From the human T2T-CHM13v2.0 reference genome, Homo sapiens, in the NCBI RefSeq assembly GCF_009914755.1, contig NC_060933.1: a stretch of 64,000 nt of DNA; one strand, given 5' to 3'. The first letter of the stretch is position 1. Every line of letters starts with the position of its first letter. The notes beneath the pieces are model-generated. The model made no database searches. It saw only the letters and a program-made list of their open reading frames with translations, and was not told where the DNA came from. Positions 16,752 through 34,359 of the stretch are shown piece by piece. Made by a program: the position numbers and the translations under genes.

Positions 16752-18586
16752 GCACTTAGTCCCTGCCAGGAGCTGTCTGTTTTTTATGTATTATCTTCTC
16801 CGATTCTTATAACAACTACTTGAAGTAGAGATTATTTCTTCCATCACGTAGATGAAAAAACTGAGGCTAAGAGAGAGTAAATAACTTTTCCTAGGGCCCA
16901 CAACTAAAAGTGGGGAGGCTGGATTTGAATCCAGGTCTAATTTTGAGGTTTGTGCTTTTAATACAAGACCAATTCATAACCTTTGGTACATGGAATTCTG
17001 GGGGCTATCTTCGCATTATACCATTGCTGCTGTTGGGTAGGGTAGCAAAGGAGAGGAGACAGATAGACAAGAGGCCGTTAAGAGTTCTTTTTGTTTCAGA
17101 AAATGAATATAACTAAAAGCTTCTTCCACTCCCTAGAATAGTCAGTTGTGGTGGGCCAATGAATTTCTATACCATGTTGGAAATTTATAGCTGTGAGGGC
17201 ATTCTGAAAATTTCCACTAGACAAGAAGTGATTTGAGCAGCCTAAGACAGATGAATCTCCCAGTTGAGGCTTAGAACAGACAGCTCCAGATCTGGCTTTC
17301 TGGCTAGCCTGGATGCCAGTGATTCACTCATTGTGTGATTAAGTGGCAGGCTTATGTTTCTAGAGCTAATGATTCTAAAGCTTTCTGTGGTATTAAACTA
17401 ACACACATAAAAAAACTAAAGGCAATTAGAAGCAATCAAAACATTTGGAAAGTAAGATTCAATTTCTGCATTTGCTAAACTCTTCATCAAGAAAATCAGT
17501 AAATTTTTTTTAAAAGCCATGAACATGATACACAGAAAATTAAAAAAGCAATCAGTTTTAAAATGTACATGCGCTTTCCAGAATGCTTAGGACACTTAGG
17601 ACTGAGCCATTTTTCACTTGTCTTATTTTGCTGCATTTATTCAGACATGTGAACACTCTCTTGAATAACATTCCTCTTTCAATTTTGACAGATGAATGGG
17701 TATGTAACTCCTCAAGTGCCAGAAAAACCCTTAGAAGCATCAAAGAATAAAAGCCACACTGAAATATTTATACAAGAATTTCCAGCAAATAGTAGTGGGC
17801 AGGCTTCCCTTATTCGGGCTTAGGTGTGTATGATGTTTGAAAAATCTGTTAAGTCACTTTTGACCAGGTCAGTCTCAACGTTTGTCAATGTACCATCTCA
17901 TTTGGCCTCTAAGAACCTACACAGTGATATAGAAGACAGGATAGGAAGTTATCTTTCCATCCAGGAAACCATTTGACTTCTTCAGTTAGCACTTTCACTT
18001 TCATTTTTCTCAGGGCAAAATTCAATACCTTTTAGAATACAAAGTAGGGCCTTTTAACGTTTCAGTTGAATATTCCCTCTTGGCCAGTCATTAATCATTC
18101 ATATCTTTGGCTCTGAAATCTTTAATGACCACTGAATAGGTTAAGCTTTACTAAATGTGAAGAGATCTAGGTGTTGGTCAATGTGTGTGTATGTAGATGT
18201 ACATTTTGTGTGTTTTGGAAGGGGTTGCAATAAATATTCGTGTCTTAAAGAATGTGAAAATAAAGGAAACCAAAGTGCCACTTCTATTTTTAAATTCCCA
18301 CAGATATTTACAATTCCACTTGTATTCTCTACAAATGAAATAGTTATAGAGGTTGGGATGACCTTGCAAGAAGTAGAAAAAAAAAGAAGGATAACATTGA
18401 AAATTTGAGGTTGAATTGAATTGAAACTTACTATTTAGCCAAAGTAATACCAGGACCTGCGCAAGCACTAGCGGCAGTCTGAAATACTCAGTCAATTATT
18501 TTGCCATCATTTATTTGGGTTAGTTACACTCAAAATCACTAGATAATTGTTAAATTCTTCTACTGTTTGAAAAATTAGACTTGACA

Positions 18587-18923
<337 letters not shown>

Positions 18924-19869
18924 CTAGAAAACTGAACTCTAAGTTCTAAATTGTAGTATCTTAGACCTGAAAGAGTCTTTAAAGACCTACTATTTTGAAA
19001 CTCTGGCTTTACAAATGAGAAAGCCAAAACCAGAAAACTCGCCAAAGGTGACACATTTGGTTTGTGGAAGGATGACTCAGACCCCTGGTTTTCTGACCTT
19101 TGGTCCAGTAGCTTTTCACCTGCAGTCTCCTGAGAAGGCTGTGACCTCCCAAGAAGCAAGTCACCACTTTTCTTATAAAGCCACCATGGTGCCTTCCTTA
19201 CAGGTCCCTCATAGCATTCTTGTGGTATTTGACAAAGTCTAAATTTCCTAGATGTAAAATCCAGTTTTCTCTTCTTGTGCCCTCAGTAAAGAGCTTTTTA
19301 ATATTTAGGTCTGAAAAATAGCTCATCTTCCCAAGTCTTGCCCCTGCCAGTCCCCATAAACTCACACAGCCCTTAATACACTTATGCCTGCAATGCTCAA
19401 AATTCTATCTTCCTATGTTGGTGCTGGATTACCATTTTGGAAACTAAATCTTAAGTTGATTTCACCATTAAAGGAAAAATTGTATTTTAGTATTAATTTT
19501 TATAAAGATTACCTCCTTCATCCATCTGCATCTTTCCCTGAAAAGTGCTTAGTTCTCTATTATTGGGGCAGAATGGGTAAGAGAAATGTACAGACGGTGC
19601 CAAGCCTCACTGTAAACCAGCTTTCAGGCTCCCCTCTATGTGGGCCTTTTAAGCAAATAACTCACAAGTAGAAGATATGACAAATTCAAGTTTGAGGCTC
19701 CAGCATCAAGTGGAGGTCATCATTAAGACCAAAAATCAAAATATAATAGTCCAAGGAGTATTACCTTAGGAGTTGAATTATTTTGGTTTTCAGCCACTTA
19801 CTGTGTGATCCGGAATGAATCAACCTCTCTGAGACTCAGTAACATAATCTGTAAGATGAAAATAATTAA

Positions 19870-20750
19870 ACCTACTCTGCCAACCATGCTCCTGTACTGA
19901 ACTCACTGATGGATTCCCATAACACTTAGAATAAAATACAAAATCCTTTGTGGACTAGAATGGCCTGCCTGAGCTGGCTGTCTTTCCTTCTCTATCTGTC
20001 TTAAGGTCACTTATCATGCCCTAAGCACATCTTTTTCAGTTTCTCTAATTTGCAAGGTTTTTCCTGCCTGGGGCCTTTGTATCTTTTGTTACCTCTGTTT
20101 GAAATATTTCATACCCCTACTTCCTTTTCCAGCTGACCTATTCTTTTTTTTTTTTTTTTTTTTTTTGACAGCATCTCACTCTGCCACTCAGGCTGGAGGG
20201 CAGTAGTGCAATCTTAGCTCACTGCAACCTTTGCCTCTGGGTTCAAGCAATTCTCCTGCCTCAGCCTTCCAAATAGCTGAGATTACAGGCGCCCACTGCC
20301 TCGTCTGGCTAATTTTTTGTATGCTTAGTAGAGATTTCTACTAAACAACAGGGTTTCACCATGTTGGCCAGGCTGGTCTTGAACTCCTGACCTCAAGTGA
20401 TCCACCGCCTCAGCCTCCCAAAGTGCTGGGATTATAGGTATGAGCCTCTGCGCCTGGCCGGAGCTGACTCATTCTTTAGTTTTCTTTGGAGAGAACTTCC
20501 TTATCATCCCCTTAAGAAAGTCCCCCTAGCCCTCCCTACTTGGTTCCATTACTTTAAAAATCATATAACATCATTTATTTCTTTTATAGCATTATCACAA
20601 CTGTAATTGTAAATGTACAAATACATACACTTATTTTCTTTTGTTATCTCTAACTTTCCCCAACAGACTGTAAACTTCTTGAGGGTAGGAACCAGGTCTA
20701 TCTTATTCACTGTCGTATTCCTGATCTCAAGGTGCACATATATAATGTTG
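19870..20750 (+). mobile_element. L2 fragments around an Alu
   Basis: cacttagaataaaatacaaaatcctt...gactgtaaacttcttgagggtagga. Confidence 0.6.
20144..20459 (-). mobile_element. AluS element with a fold-back insertion
   Basis: Antisense Alu with TSD-like agctgac..attcttt. Extra bases at about 20335-20348. Confidence 0.96.
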
Positions 20751-20869
20751 TTTCCAACTCAAACACTGATATATATATAAAGACAAGAAAACAAAGCAAT
20801 ATATCAATATCCCTCATGCATATAGGTGGAAAAATTCTTAGCAAAATATTAGAAAATGAGTCTCAGCAA

Positions 20870-24451
<3,582 letters not shown>

Positions 24452-24632
24452 AGAAAATGAGTCTCAGCAAATATAAAAGTGATTATATATCATGATTAAG
24501 TGCATTTATCCCATAAATGCCATGTTGTCTTAACATTTGAAAATCAGTTAATGTAGTATACAATAACTAAATTATGAACAAAAGCTTTCAGTATTTTGAA
24601 CAAGCTCTACTCAAGAATATTTTTTAAAATAT

Positions 24633-24997
24633 TGTATTAGTCTATTTTCACACTTTCACCTGAGACTGGGTAATTTATAAACCAAAGAGGTTTAATTGAC
24701 TCACAGTTTTGCACGGCTGGGGAAGCCACAGGAAACTTACAATCATGGTGGTTGATGAAGGGGAAGCAAGGTATGTCCTACATGGCAGCAGGAGAGAGAA
24801 GAGAAAGCAAAGGAGGAAGAGCCCCTTATAAAACCATCAGATCTTGTGAGAACTCACTCAGTATCATGAGAACAGTAGGGAGGAAGCAGCCCCCATCATC
24901 CAATCACTTCCCACCAGGTCCCTCCCTCGACACATGGGGATTATGGGGATTATAATCCAAGATGAGATTTGAGTGGGGACACAACCAAACCGTATCA
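24633..24997 (-). mobile_element. MaLR solo LTR (THE1D/MSTA-type)
   Basis: tgtattagtc...aaaccgtatca termini. 5-bp TSD aatat on both sides. Confidence 0.92.
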
Positions 24998-25419
24998 AAT
25001 ATTCACTGTTTCTTTAACTTTTATTCAGTGGGGAAATTATTCCCTTAATTCTCAGGCAGCTCCCATGATTTTTCTGGTCATTCCTGGGTAATAAAAATGC
25101 AAAGATCGTATTTAGTGACAAACACATTCTCACCTTAAAATTATGTCTTCTCTTCTGCTACTAGAGTGCCTGGCTGTAGCCAAGGAGCAAGAGTCTTATT
25201 ACGCAGTTTTCTTTCTTTTAAGCCAAAATCTACTTTCTGGTTTCTCCCAGGCCTAGATGCTACCTCTGTTCTCTGGAGATATTCTGAAGTTCCATCCCTT
25301 TTTTTCTGATGCAGTTCCTCACATAATTAGACAGAGCAACCTTAACTTCTTTCATTCTTCATTTCTTTAAGCAAAAATTATCTCTTCTTTTAATGGTTTC
25401 TCAAGATAAAATTTTCCCT

Positions 25420-25850
25420 TTAAATTTGCAAACCTACCAAAAATGTGAAGACTAGTACAATCAGCACCTATATGCCCTTCACCTAGATTTTATACATATA
25501 TAAGATACATATATAAAATGTTTGCTGAATCATTTGAAAGTAAATTGCTAACATCATGCCATTTCATGCTAAATCACATCAATGTGTGTCTTCTAAGAAC
25601 AAGGACATTGTCTTCAAAACCACAATATCATTATCTCACTTAAGAAGATTAACAGTAATTTAATATACTTAATAATACATAAGGTACAGACCATATACAA
25701 TTTTCCTATTAGGCAAATAATGCTTTCTGCTATTTTTTAAATCTAGAATAAAATAAAAGATCTCACATTTGCATTTGTTTTTCATGACTCTTTTATTTAG
25801 AATAGTTCCTCCATTTTTGTATGAATTTTATGGCATTGCTCAAGTTAATG
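25420..25850 (-). mobile_element. Old L1M 3' fragment
   Basis: tttgctgaatcatttgaaagtaaattgc...ctaagaacaaggacatt. Confidence 0.6.
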
Positions 25851-26149
25851 TTTATTTTTTATTTTTGTTTTTTGGAGACAGGGTCTCACTCTGTCACTCT
25901 GGCTAGAGTTTGGTGGTGCAATCTTGGCTTACTGCAACTTCTGCCTCCTGGATTCAAGCAATTCTCGTGCCTCCTGGGTAGCTGGGAGTACAGGCATGCA
26001 CCACCATGCCTGGCTAATTTTTTGTATTTTTAGTAGAGACTGGGCTTCACCATATTACCCAGGCTGATCTCAAACTCCTGGGCTCAGGCAATCCAGTGCC
26101 TCAGCCTCCCAAGGTGCTAGGATTACAGGCATGAGCCACCATGCCTGGC
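25851..26149 (-). mobile_element. AluJ element
   Basis: Antisense Alu (ctcctgggctcaggcaatcc). TSD ctcaagtta(a/g)tgttt. Confidence 0.94.
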
Positions 26150-26420
26150 CTCAAGTTAGTGTTTTAATCCAGCTATTCTGCCCAACCTCAGCCTCACAAG
26201 TAAGAGCCTGCAGCCTCTTCCAGACATAGGCAAAAATATTTTAAAGAGAGATGAATTCCTGTTTTCTTTGGAAAGCTTTTTGGTGGCTACACAACTGGTT
26301 CCTGTGGTCAATCTGATTATACCTCAGGCCCATTTCTTATGAACAACAGACAGCTGGATCTTCCCCATCATGGAGTCATGTCATTCCACTTTTGAGTGTG
26401 CCTACAAAACCTTCCTCATT

Positions 26421-26554
26421 GCTGGGTGTGGTGGCTCAAGCCTGTAGTTTCAGCTACTGGAGAGGCTGAGGTGGGAGGACCACTTCTACCCAGGAGTTAG
26501 AGCCCAGCCTGGGCAACATAGTGAGACCTCATCTCTTTAAAAAAAAAAAAAAAA
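26421..26554 (+). mobile_element. FLAM / Alu monomer
   Basis: Single Alu monomer followed by poly(A). Confidence 0.88.
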
Positions 26555-26832
26555 AGAGTAAACTTTCCACGTGGAGTCTTTTTTGTTGACTTATGACCTA
26601 AGTAGCTGGGTAGGCTGATAAGAACAGAAAAAGTGAGCTATTTTGCAGGCTAGTTTTCACAGATAACTCATGAAAACTAGTTGAAGTCATTTTAAAGATT
26701 GAGTCTCCCATTAATTTATATCAGCTGTCATTCTGATTTGTGACAAGCACAGCTTCATAATGGTAGAGAAGAGCTGGACACAAGAGTTACTACTGGGTAG
26801 GACCAACACAGAGGTGATTGAATGTTGAGACA

Positions 26833-27926
26833 TGTTATGGGAAGTCAGGGACCCCGAATGGAGGGACCCGCTGGAACTGTGGCAGAGGAACATAAATTGT
26901 GAAGAGTTCATCTTAATATGGACATTTATCAGTTCCCAAATAATACTTTTATAATTTCTTATGCCTGTCTTTACTTTAATCTCTTAATCCTGTTATCTTC
27001 GTAAGCTGAGGATGTACGTCGTCTCAGGACCACTGTGATAATTGCGTTAACTGTACAAATTGATTGTAAAACATGTGTATTTGAACACTACGAAATCAGT
27101 GCACCTTGAAAAAGAACAGAATAACAGCAATTTTTATGGAACAAGGGAAGACAACCATAAGGTCTGACTGCCTGCGGGGTCAGGCAAAAAGAGCCATATT
27201 TTTCTTCTTGCAGAGAGTCTATAAGCAGATGTGCAAGTAGGAAAGATATTGCTAAATTCTTTTCCTAGCAAAGAATATTAATATTAATACCCTCGGAAAG
27301 GAATGTGTTCCTGGAGGGAGGTCTATAAACGGCCGCTCTGGGAATGTCTGTCTTGTGCAGTTGAGACAAGGACTGAGATAAGCCCTGGTCTCCTGCAGAA
27401 CCCTCAGGCTTCCTAGGGTTGGGAAAACTCCACCCTGGTAAATTTGTGGTCAGACTGGTTCTCTGCTCTTGAACCCTGTTTTCTGTTGTTTAAGATGTTT
27501 ATCAAGACAATACGTGCACCGCTGAACACAGACCCTTTTCAGTGGTTCTCCTTTTGCCCTTTGCCCTGTGATCTTTGTTGGACCCTTATCAGTGGTTCTG
27601 CTTTTGCCCTTTGTCCTGTTCCCTCAGAAGCATGCGATCTTTGTTAGATGCTTATTAGTGGTTCTACTGTTTGCTCTTTGAAGCATATGATCTTTGTACC
27701 TACTCCCTGTTCTTACACCCCCTCCCCTTTTGAAACCCTTAATAAAAACTTGCTGTTCTGAGACTCAGGCAGGCATCATGGTCCTACCAATATGTGATGT
27801 CACCCCTGGTGGCCCAGCTGTAAAATTCCTGTCTTTGTACTGTCTCTGTTTATTTCTCAGCCAGCTGACACTTATGGAAAATTTAAAGAACCTATGTTGA
27901 AATATTGGGGGTGGGTTCCCCCAATA
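26833..27926 (+). mobile_element. MER11 solo LTR (HERV-K11/HML-8 family)
   Basis: Starts tgttatgggaagtcagggaccccgaa and ends aaatattgggggtgggttcccccaata. Internal tandem repeats at about 27530-27700. AATAAA at 27741. 6-bp TSD gagaca at 26827-26832 and 27927-27932. Confidence 0.92.
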
Positions 27927-28417
27927 GAGACAAATACAGAGTCTCGGGTTAGCAAGGAAAGAATGATGACCTAGGGTTCCAACCACTTCTGTTTTATTCC
28001 AGGCAAAGGGCCAGCAAGGAGATGGGAGACAGAAGATTCCAAGATGGTACTGATGTCTTCACAAGTGGGCGGTAAGCTGGATGTGGAACATCAGAATCCG
28101 GGAGGCAGGTAGACAGCAAAGGGACATTGGGACCCATGGAAACTGGGATCTTGCCCCCAAGCAAAGGTTCAGGGACACATTTCCTGTCCCAAGAAAAGGA
28201 GCTGCTTAAAGCAAGATAAGGCTGCTGTGAAGAATAGAAAAATAAATAGGGAGCAAGAACTGGCTTTTTGATAATGGAGACACAAACAGTATGTGAAAAG
28301 GAGTCACATCTAAGGGACTATGGCCTGGGCCATCAGCAGAGTACCACACCCTGGGTCCTACATCCAAAAGATTATACCCAAAACCAACAGTAGTTTTAGG
28401 GATTGTGTGTGCATCTG

Positions 28418-29009
28418 TGAAGGAGATAATGCATATAGTAGTCCATTTCCAAGACAAAGTGCCTTAAATCAGTTTAAGTCAGCAAACTAAAGAAGAAACA
28501 GGATATACTAGGCCCCTGCTTGCATAGCCAATGCCTGTTTGTCAGCCCCCAGCCCCCACCTTAGTTGCTGTCACCCGAACCAAAAAAGTTTAGTCTAAGA
28601 TAAAAGTTTACTAGCCTGCAAATAGCTCACTTTTTCTGCTCTTATCAGCCTGCCCAGCTACTTAGGTCATAAGTCAAATACTTAAAGAGCCCCTGAGCTA
28701 ACTAGGATTGGAATGCATTGTGGGCTGCAACAAAATGCAGCAAGACAACCCTAAAGAAAACATCTAAAGCCCCTACCCAACAATCAATAAGCAACGTCCG
28801 GAAGACTGTGACCCCATAGTATTCAGCCTATAAGGAACAGGGGAGGGATTTGCACACTAGGGGATAAATTGCTTGTTAAAACTGTGCTGGGTATGCCTGC
28901 CCATCAAACACCCAGTCTTGCAAAACTGTCATTAAAAGTCTCACTTTCACTGTTCTCTGGGTCTCTGAGTTCATTCTTTGGTTTTAAAAGGGTGAGTTTG
29001 TTTCTCACA
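28418..29009 (+). mobile_element. ERV1-class solo LTR (tentatively LTR36-like)
   Basis: TG...CA termini, ATTAAA near 28931, and 5-bp TSD atctg at 28413-28417 and 29010-29014. Subfamily is from recall only. Confidence 0.8.
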
Positions 29010-29431
29010 ATCTGTCACCATTTATCTTCTTCCTCAATTAAGTAGGTTAATCTTTACTTTATCTCCTTTTGGCCCAAAACCTAGCTAAAAAACAAAGCAA
29101 AACAAACAAAATCTCAAATCTCCCCAAATCCTTTTCAGTAATATAATATAACCTCTGTTTTATTTGACTTCATCAGCCCTTTATTTTTCCAGTTGGGGTA
29201 AAAATAAATAATATATTTGCTATTCAGGGGATTTCTGAGGCTGTGCTTTTACAAACAAATTCTCACATGTATCTTACTCCTGAAATTCTGATGGGCTGCC
29301 CCAGTACTTCCTGTAATACACTTTCACTGCCATCCCCTGAAGCCTGTAGATTCTTCTTGGTAATGAGAAGTGCTCTATTCTCATCACCGTGCTATTGATT
29401 TTGCAGGTTGTAAGAGCCAGGAGAGGCTAGG

Positions 29432-29798
29432 TGATATGGTTTGGCTATGTCCCCACCCAAATCTCATCTTGAATTGTAATCCCCAGATGTCTAGGGAGGG
29501 ACCTGGTGGGAGGTGATTGGATCATGGGGACGGTTTCCTCCATGCTGTTCTCATGGTAGTGAGCAAGTTCTCATGAGACCTGGTTGTTTGATAAGTGTCT
29601 GGCATTTCCCCTGCACTCACTCTCCTCCTGCCGCCTTGTGAAGAAGGTACTTGCTTCTCCTTTGCCTTCTGCCATGACTTTAAGTTTTCTGAGGCCTCCC
29701 CAGCCATGAGGAACTGTGAGTCAATTAAACCTCTTTTACTTGTACATTACCCAGTCTCAGGTGGTATCTTTATAGCAGTGTGAAAATGGACTAATACA
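29432..29798 (+). mobile_element. MSTA-type MaLR solo LTR
   Basis: tgatatggtttggct...ggactaataca termini. 5-bp TSD ctagg. Confidence 0.93.
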
Positions 29799-30170
29799 CT
29801 AGGTTATGCTTCAGTAACAAATAATCCCCCAAATTGCAATGCCTGGTAACAAAGATTTATTTCTCACTACATTTCATGATTATTACAAATTGTTGCAGCT
29901 CTGCTCATATTCCTTTCACCCTGGGACACAGGCTGATGGACAGGCCTCTATCTAGAACATTACCAGTCTTGTGGTTGAGAAAAGGGAGAAATAGCAAACC
30001 ACACACCAAGTCTAAAAGTGACTCTCTGGAAATGACACATGCCACTTCTGCTTACACTTCACTGGCCAGAGCAAATCTCATGGATTGGCCTCGAATCAAT
30101 GGTGCAGAAAAACATTGTCCTCTCTAGGATGTGAGTATTCAGGGATGATCATTAAGTTCACCATATGTGT
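29799..30170 (-). mobile_element. Old ERVL/MaLR LTR (LTR33-like), host of the MSTA insertion
   Basis: aggctaggttatgct..agtaacaaataatccccc is split by the MSTA LTR. Confidence 0.55.
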
Positions 30171-31911
30171 TGATGCTATCAGGAAATACGTAGCTCTTTA
30201 TCAGGGTATATGTGCCTATCAGGACATGTCTGCTTCTCTATCAGGATATATGTGTCAGTGCAAAGGGACAAGAAGCTTCTGAGTCATTGGCTAGGATGGA
30301 GTTGCTGGCTAGTGTATTGACCTCTGGGATTCTCTCCAAGCCAGGCTTCCCAGCATTTCTCCTTCTCCTCATCCCATCACAGAACCAATCCATTGTGGAG
30401 TCTGGGCCTGCTATAGCCTGACTAGGCTTAGGTCAGGCTCGACAAAGAATAATTGTGGTCTGCTTCCTTTTCCTCTCCTATTAGCAGCTGGATCAGAGGC
30501 CTTCCTTTTTGGCTCATGAAGCTTCTTCCTGAAAAATTTTTGATTGATTTATTGATTTTTCATCGTGGCCAGCCATTTCATAGTACACTGCCAGAGGATT
30601 TAATTTGTCTTGTGTTTCTTCCTGAAGTGACTTTTTTCTTTAGCACTTTTTGGAAACCCCAGTTCATGCTGGGTTTTAGTCTGCCTGGCACTGTTGTCAC
30701 AGATTCCTGCAATTTTTTTCATCTATCTCTCTGTAACTCAAATTTCCTCAGGCCTCCGAAGGCTGTGAGGATAAATAAGGTCACATTTACCGTAATAACT
30801 CAAATTTCTCTGACCCATCTTGCCCACGTGCTCCTGTAAGACCTCTTGACCTCCCCAAAGGTCTCTCCAGTCATTTCTGGGCATGTTAGGGGTGAGTTGA
30901 GAGCTGGGAATAGGGGTCCCCTCACATGTTTCTGTCTAGGCCCCCATCCCATGGATGTCTGCAGTTATTAGGCCCAAACTGGCACTTGGATTATTTAGGA
31001 TTTCCTGATTGCAAGTCACAGAAACCAACTGGAGCTAACTTAACCAAGATTGAGAGTTTACAATAAGGATGCTTGGCTATCTCTCAGAATAGACTGACTA
31101 TAACTGCCCCTCAAAAAAGTTCTACTAGATTAGAAAAAGCAAAAATCTTAGAGAACTTGCCCAGTCGGTTTTACCTGCGTATTCCTAAGTGTCTGCTCCA
31201 TGAGATCACCTCCGATTTTTCTACTCCTGGGCCCACATTGAGGAAATTCCCTAGCTCTCTCTGAATCCTAAAACCAATTTCCATCTGAGAGGATCCCATT
31301 CTTTAAGCTTTAGTAATGAGCCCAAGCCTAGATTTTAAGTAAATGTTAAGGATGAAGGTCACATAGTTTAAAAAAAAAAAAAAAAGGATACTGAAGTCTC
31401 ACTTAGTGTATTTGGCAGAGTTGGCTGGAAATGGGGGAGAAAAGATTTTTCTTGAGCTTGGCAGTGGTTCCAGTAATCTGTATATGTTAGTTTGCTAGAG
31501 CTGCCATAACAAAGTATCACAGACTGAGTGACTTAAACATCAGAAATTTATTTCTCACAGTTTGGAAGCTAGAAGTCTGTCTTAGTCTGTTTGTGTTGCT
31601 AAAAAGGAATACCTGTGGCTGGATGATTTATAAAGAAAATGAGTTTATTTGGCTTATGGTTCTGCAGGCTGTATGGGAAACATGTTGTTAGCATCTGCTT
31701 CTGGTGAGGGCCTCAGGGAGTTTCCACTCATGGCAGAAGGTGAAGGGGAGCCAACATCACATGGTGAGAGGAAAGAAGCAAGGGAGAGAATGAGAGAAGG
31801 AGATATCAGGCTCCTTCTAATAGCCATATCTTGTAGGAACTAAGAATAAGGACTCAATCCCACAAGAATGGCACCAAGCCATTCATGATGACCTCCAACA
31901 TTGGGAATAAA

Positions 31912-32224
31912 ATTTTTTTCTTTTTTTTTTTTCTTTTGAGACAGAGTCTTGCTCTGTTGCCCAGGCTGAAGTGCAGTGTTGCTCGATCTCGGTTCACTGC
32001 AACCTCCGCCTCCTGGGTTCAAGTGATTCTCGTGCCTCAGCCTCCTGGGTAGCTGGGATTACAGGTGCATGCCACCATGACTGGCTGATTTTTGTATTTT
32101 TAGAAGAGATGGGGTTTTGCCATATTGGTCAGGCTAGACTTGAACTCCTCCTGACCTCAAGTGATCCACCCGCCTCAGCCTCCCAAAGTGTTAGGATTAC
32201 AGGCGTGAGCCACTGCACCTGGCT
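31912..32224 (-). mobile_element. AluS element
   Basis: Antisense Alu inserted at the tail end of the adjacent AluJ. Confidence 0.95.
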
Positions 32225-32234
32225 GAATTTCTTG

Positions 32235-32531
32235 CTTTTTATTTTTTGAGACAGGGTGTTGCTCTGTCACACAGGCCAGAGTGTGGTGGTACAATCATAG
32301 CTCACGGAAGCCTTGAACTCCTGGGCTCAAGCATCCTCCCACCTTAGCCTCCCAAGTAGCTAGGACTACAAGTGCATGGCACCATGACCAGCTAATTTTT
32401 AAATTTTTCTGTAAAGATGGGATCTTGCCATGTTGCTCACTCTGGTCTCAAACTCCTGGCCTCAAGCAATCCTCCTGCCTTGGCTTCCCAAAGGGCTGGA
32501 ATTACAAGTATGAGTCACCATGCTGGCTGGC
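32235..32531 (-). mobile_element. AluJ element
   Basis: AluJ features (atcatagctcac, aactcctgggctcaagc). Confidence 0.93.
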
Positions 32532-32903
32532 TGGGCATCAAACTTCAAAATGCAATTTGGAGGTGATAAATATCCAAACTATATCAAAGTTCAAGATCAA
32601 AGCATTGGCAGGTTTGGTTTCATCTGAGGCCTCTTTCCTTGGTGTGCAGATGGGTGCCTTCTCAATGCGTCCTCACATGCTCTTTCTTCTGTATTCACTC
32701 ATCTCTGGTGCCTCTCTGTGCACCCTAATCTTTCCTTCTTATAAGGACACCAGTCAAATTGGATTAGGGCCCACCCAAATAGCCTCATTTTAACTTAATT
32801 ACCTCTTTAGAGGCCCTATCTCCAAACAGAGTTACAGTCAGAGGTACTAGGGGTTAGAGCTTCAACATATAAATTTAGGGGACACACTTTTCAGCCCATA
32901 ACA

Positions 32904-33390
32904 TCTATTGTTACCTAAAAAATCACCTCAACAAATGGTGTAAAATACAAAATTTTACTCTGCTCACGGTTTTTGTAGGTCAGAAGTTTGGAAAGAGCAC
33001 TGTGTGCCATTCTTTTCTCTGCTCCATGATATCTGGGTCTCAGCTGGGATGGATTGAATGGTGGGGTGCTGATAAAGAGCTGGGTTGGAGGATTCACCTC
33101 AGAGATGGCTTCTTCACTCATGTATTCTATGCTTGGGCTGAAATGGCTGCAGGATGTGCTTAGATGGCACTGTTGACCTAACAGCTAGATGAGTAGCTTC
33201 CCCTGTGACTTGGGTTTCTTCAGGTAAGATGGGCCTCTTACATGGCAGCTCGGGGCTCTAAAAATGAGTGTTCCAGTGAACAAGGAACATAGTGTCACTT
33301 CTGTTGTGCTCTATTGGTTGAAACAGTAACAAGCACAGATAAAAAGAGGGTCAAAGAATGTGTGGCCATATTCTAGAACTGCCATAACAG
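32904..33390 (-). mobile_element. Older MLT1 (F-H type) LTR
   Basis: tctattgttacc..aaatcacc...ctcacggtttttgtaggtcag...gggcctcttacatggcagct. Confidence 0.6.
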
Positions 33391-33902
33391 GCACACTCCA
33401 AAGTGTCTGCTACATCACTGTTCCATGTGCCCTCTATGTGAAGAACAAGTCCCTCCCCAGATTGTTGCTTCATGATGCTTCCAAAAGTGTAGCAAGCTTT
33501 TTATCTGTTTGACTCCTATCAACACCAATGTGCCAGTAGCCTCACTCAAGTTATTTTCTAGACATGCATGTTACATTTGCACTATTCCCAGGCTTTCTCA
33601 TTCTCATGTCTCTCTCAATTTGCTTGTGGGTACATGAGTCTGTCAGGCTCTGGTGGGAAAGTCATGCTTTCATTATCTTTTTCCTGAGCAATGTTGTTCA
33701 GTTAAAAGAAACTGGGGTGTCAAATTTTTGTTTGGACTTTCACCCAAAGGTCTTCCCGATTTCTTCTTTTGCCAATTGCGGATGAGAAAGTTACTTTTTC
33801 AAAATCTTCAAGTCCCTGAATTTCTGAACTCTCTCTATTCTCTTTTATTCTTCTCATAAACTGAACTCTTGCCTTTATTTAATGGTTTCTCAAATGCATT
33901 TA

Positions 33903-34125
<223 letters not shown>

Positions 34126-34359
34126 CTAATTCAGAACATAAATCTGCCTTCCAAGTTTTCTTAGGTAACAGTTAACCAAATATTTCACCCTCATATAAAT
34201 CTGGAAAGCATTCTCCCAGACTCTGGTAAAAAAAAAAAAAAAAAAAAAAATTCCTTGCCTCTCCTAAGCATGTATGTAAGTAGTATCTATCTACATACGT
34301 ACACTGGTATATAATTCTTTAAATGGCACCCCCAGCAATTCTAGGTACCATCTTCTTTA

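Larger units (their letters stand above)
31578..32586 (-). mobile_element. MSTB-type LTR split by two Alus
   Basis: tgtcttagtctgtttgtgttgct...atatccaaactatatca. TSD aagtc/aagtt. Confidence 0.85.
31482..32903 (-). mobile_element. MLT1A/B-type LTR split by an MSTB-type LTR
   Basis: gctgccataacaaagtatcacagactg...gctagaagtc resumes after 32586 as caagatcaaag...tcagcccataaca. Confidence 0.85.

Noticed and set aside
34228-34250. Orphan poly(A) run (also 31370-31385)
   Set aside because: No TSD or attached element. Best explained by mononucleotide slippage.
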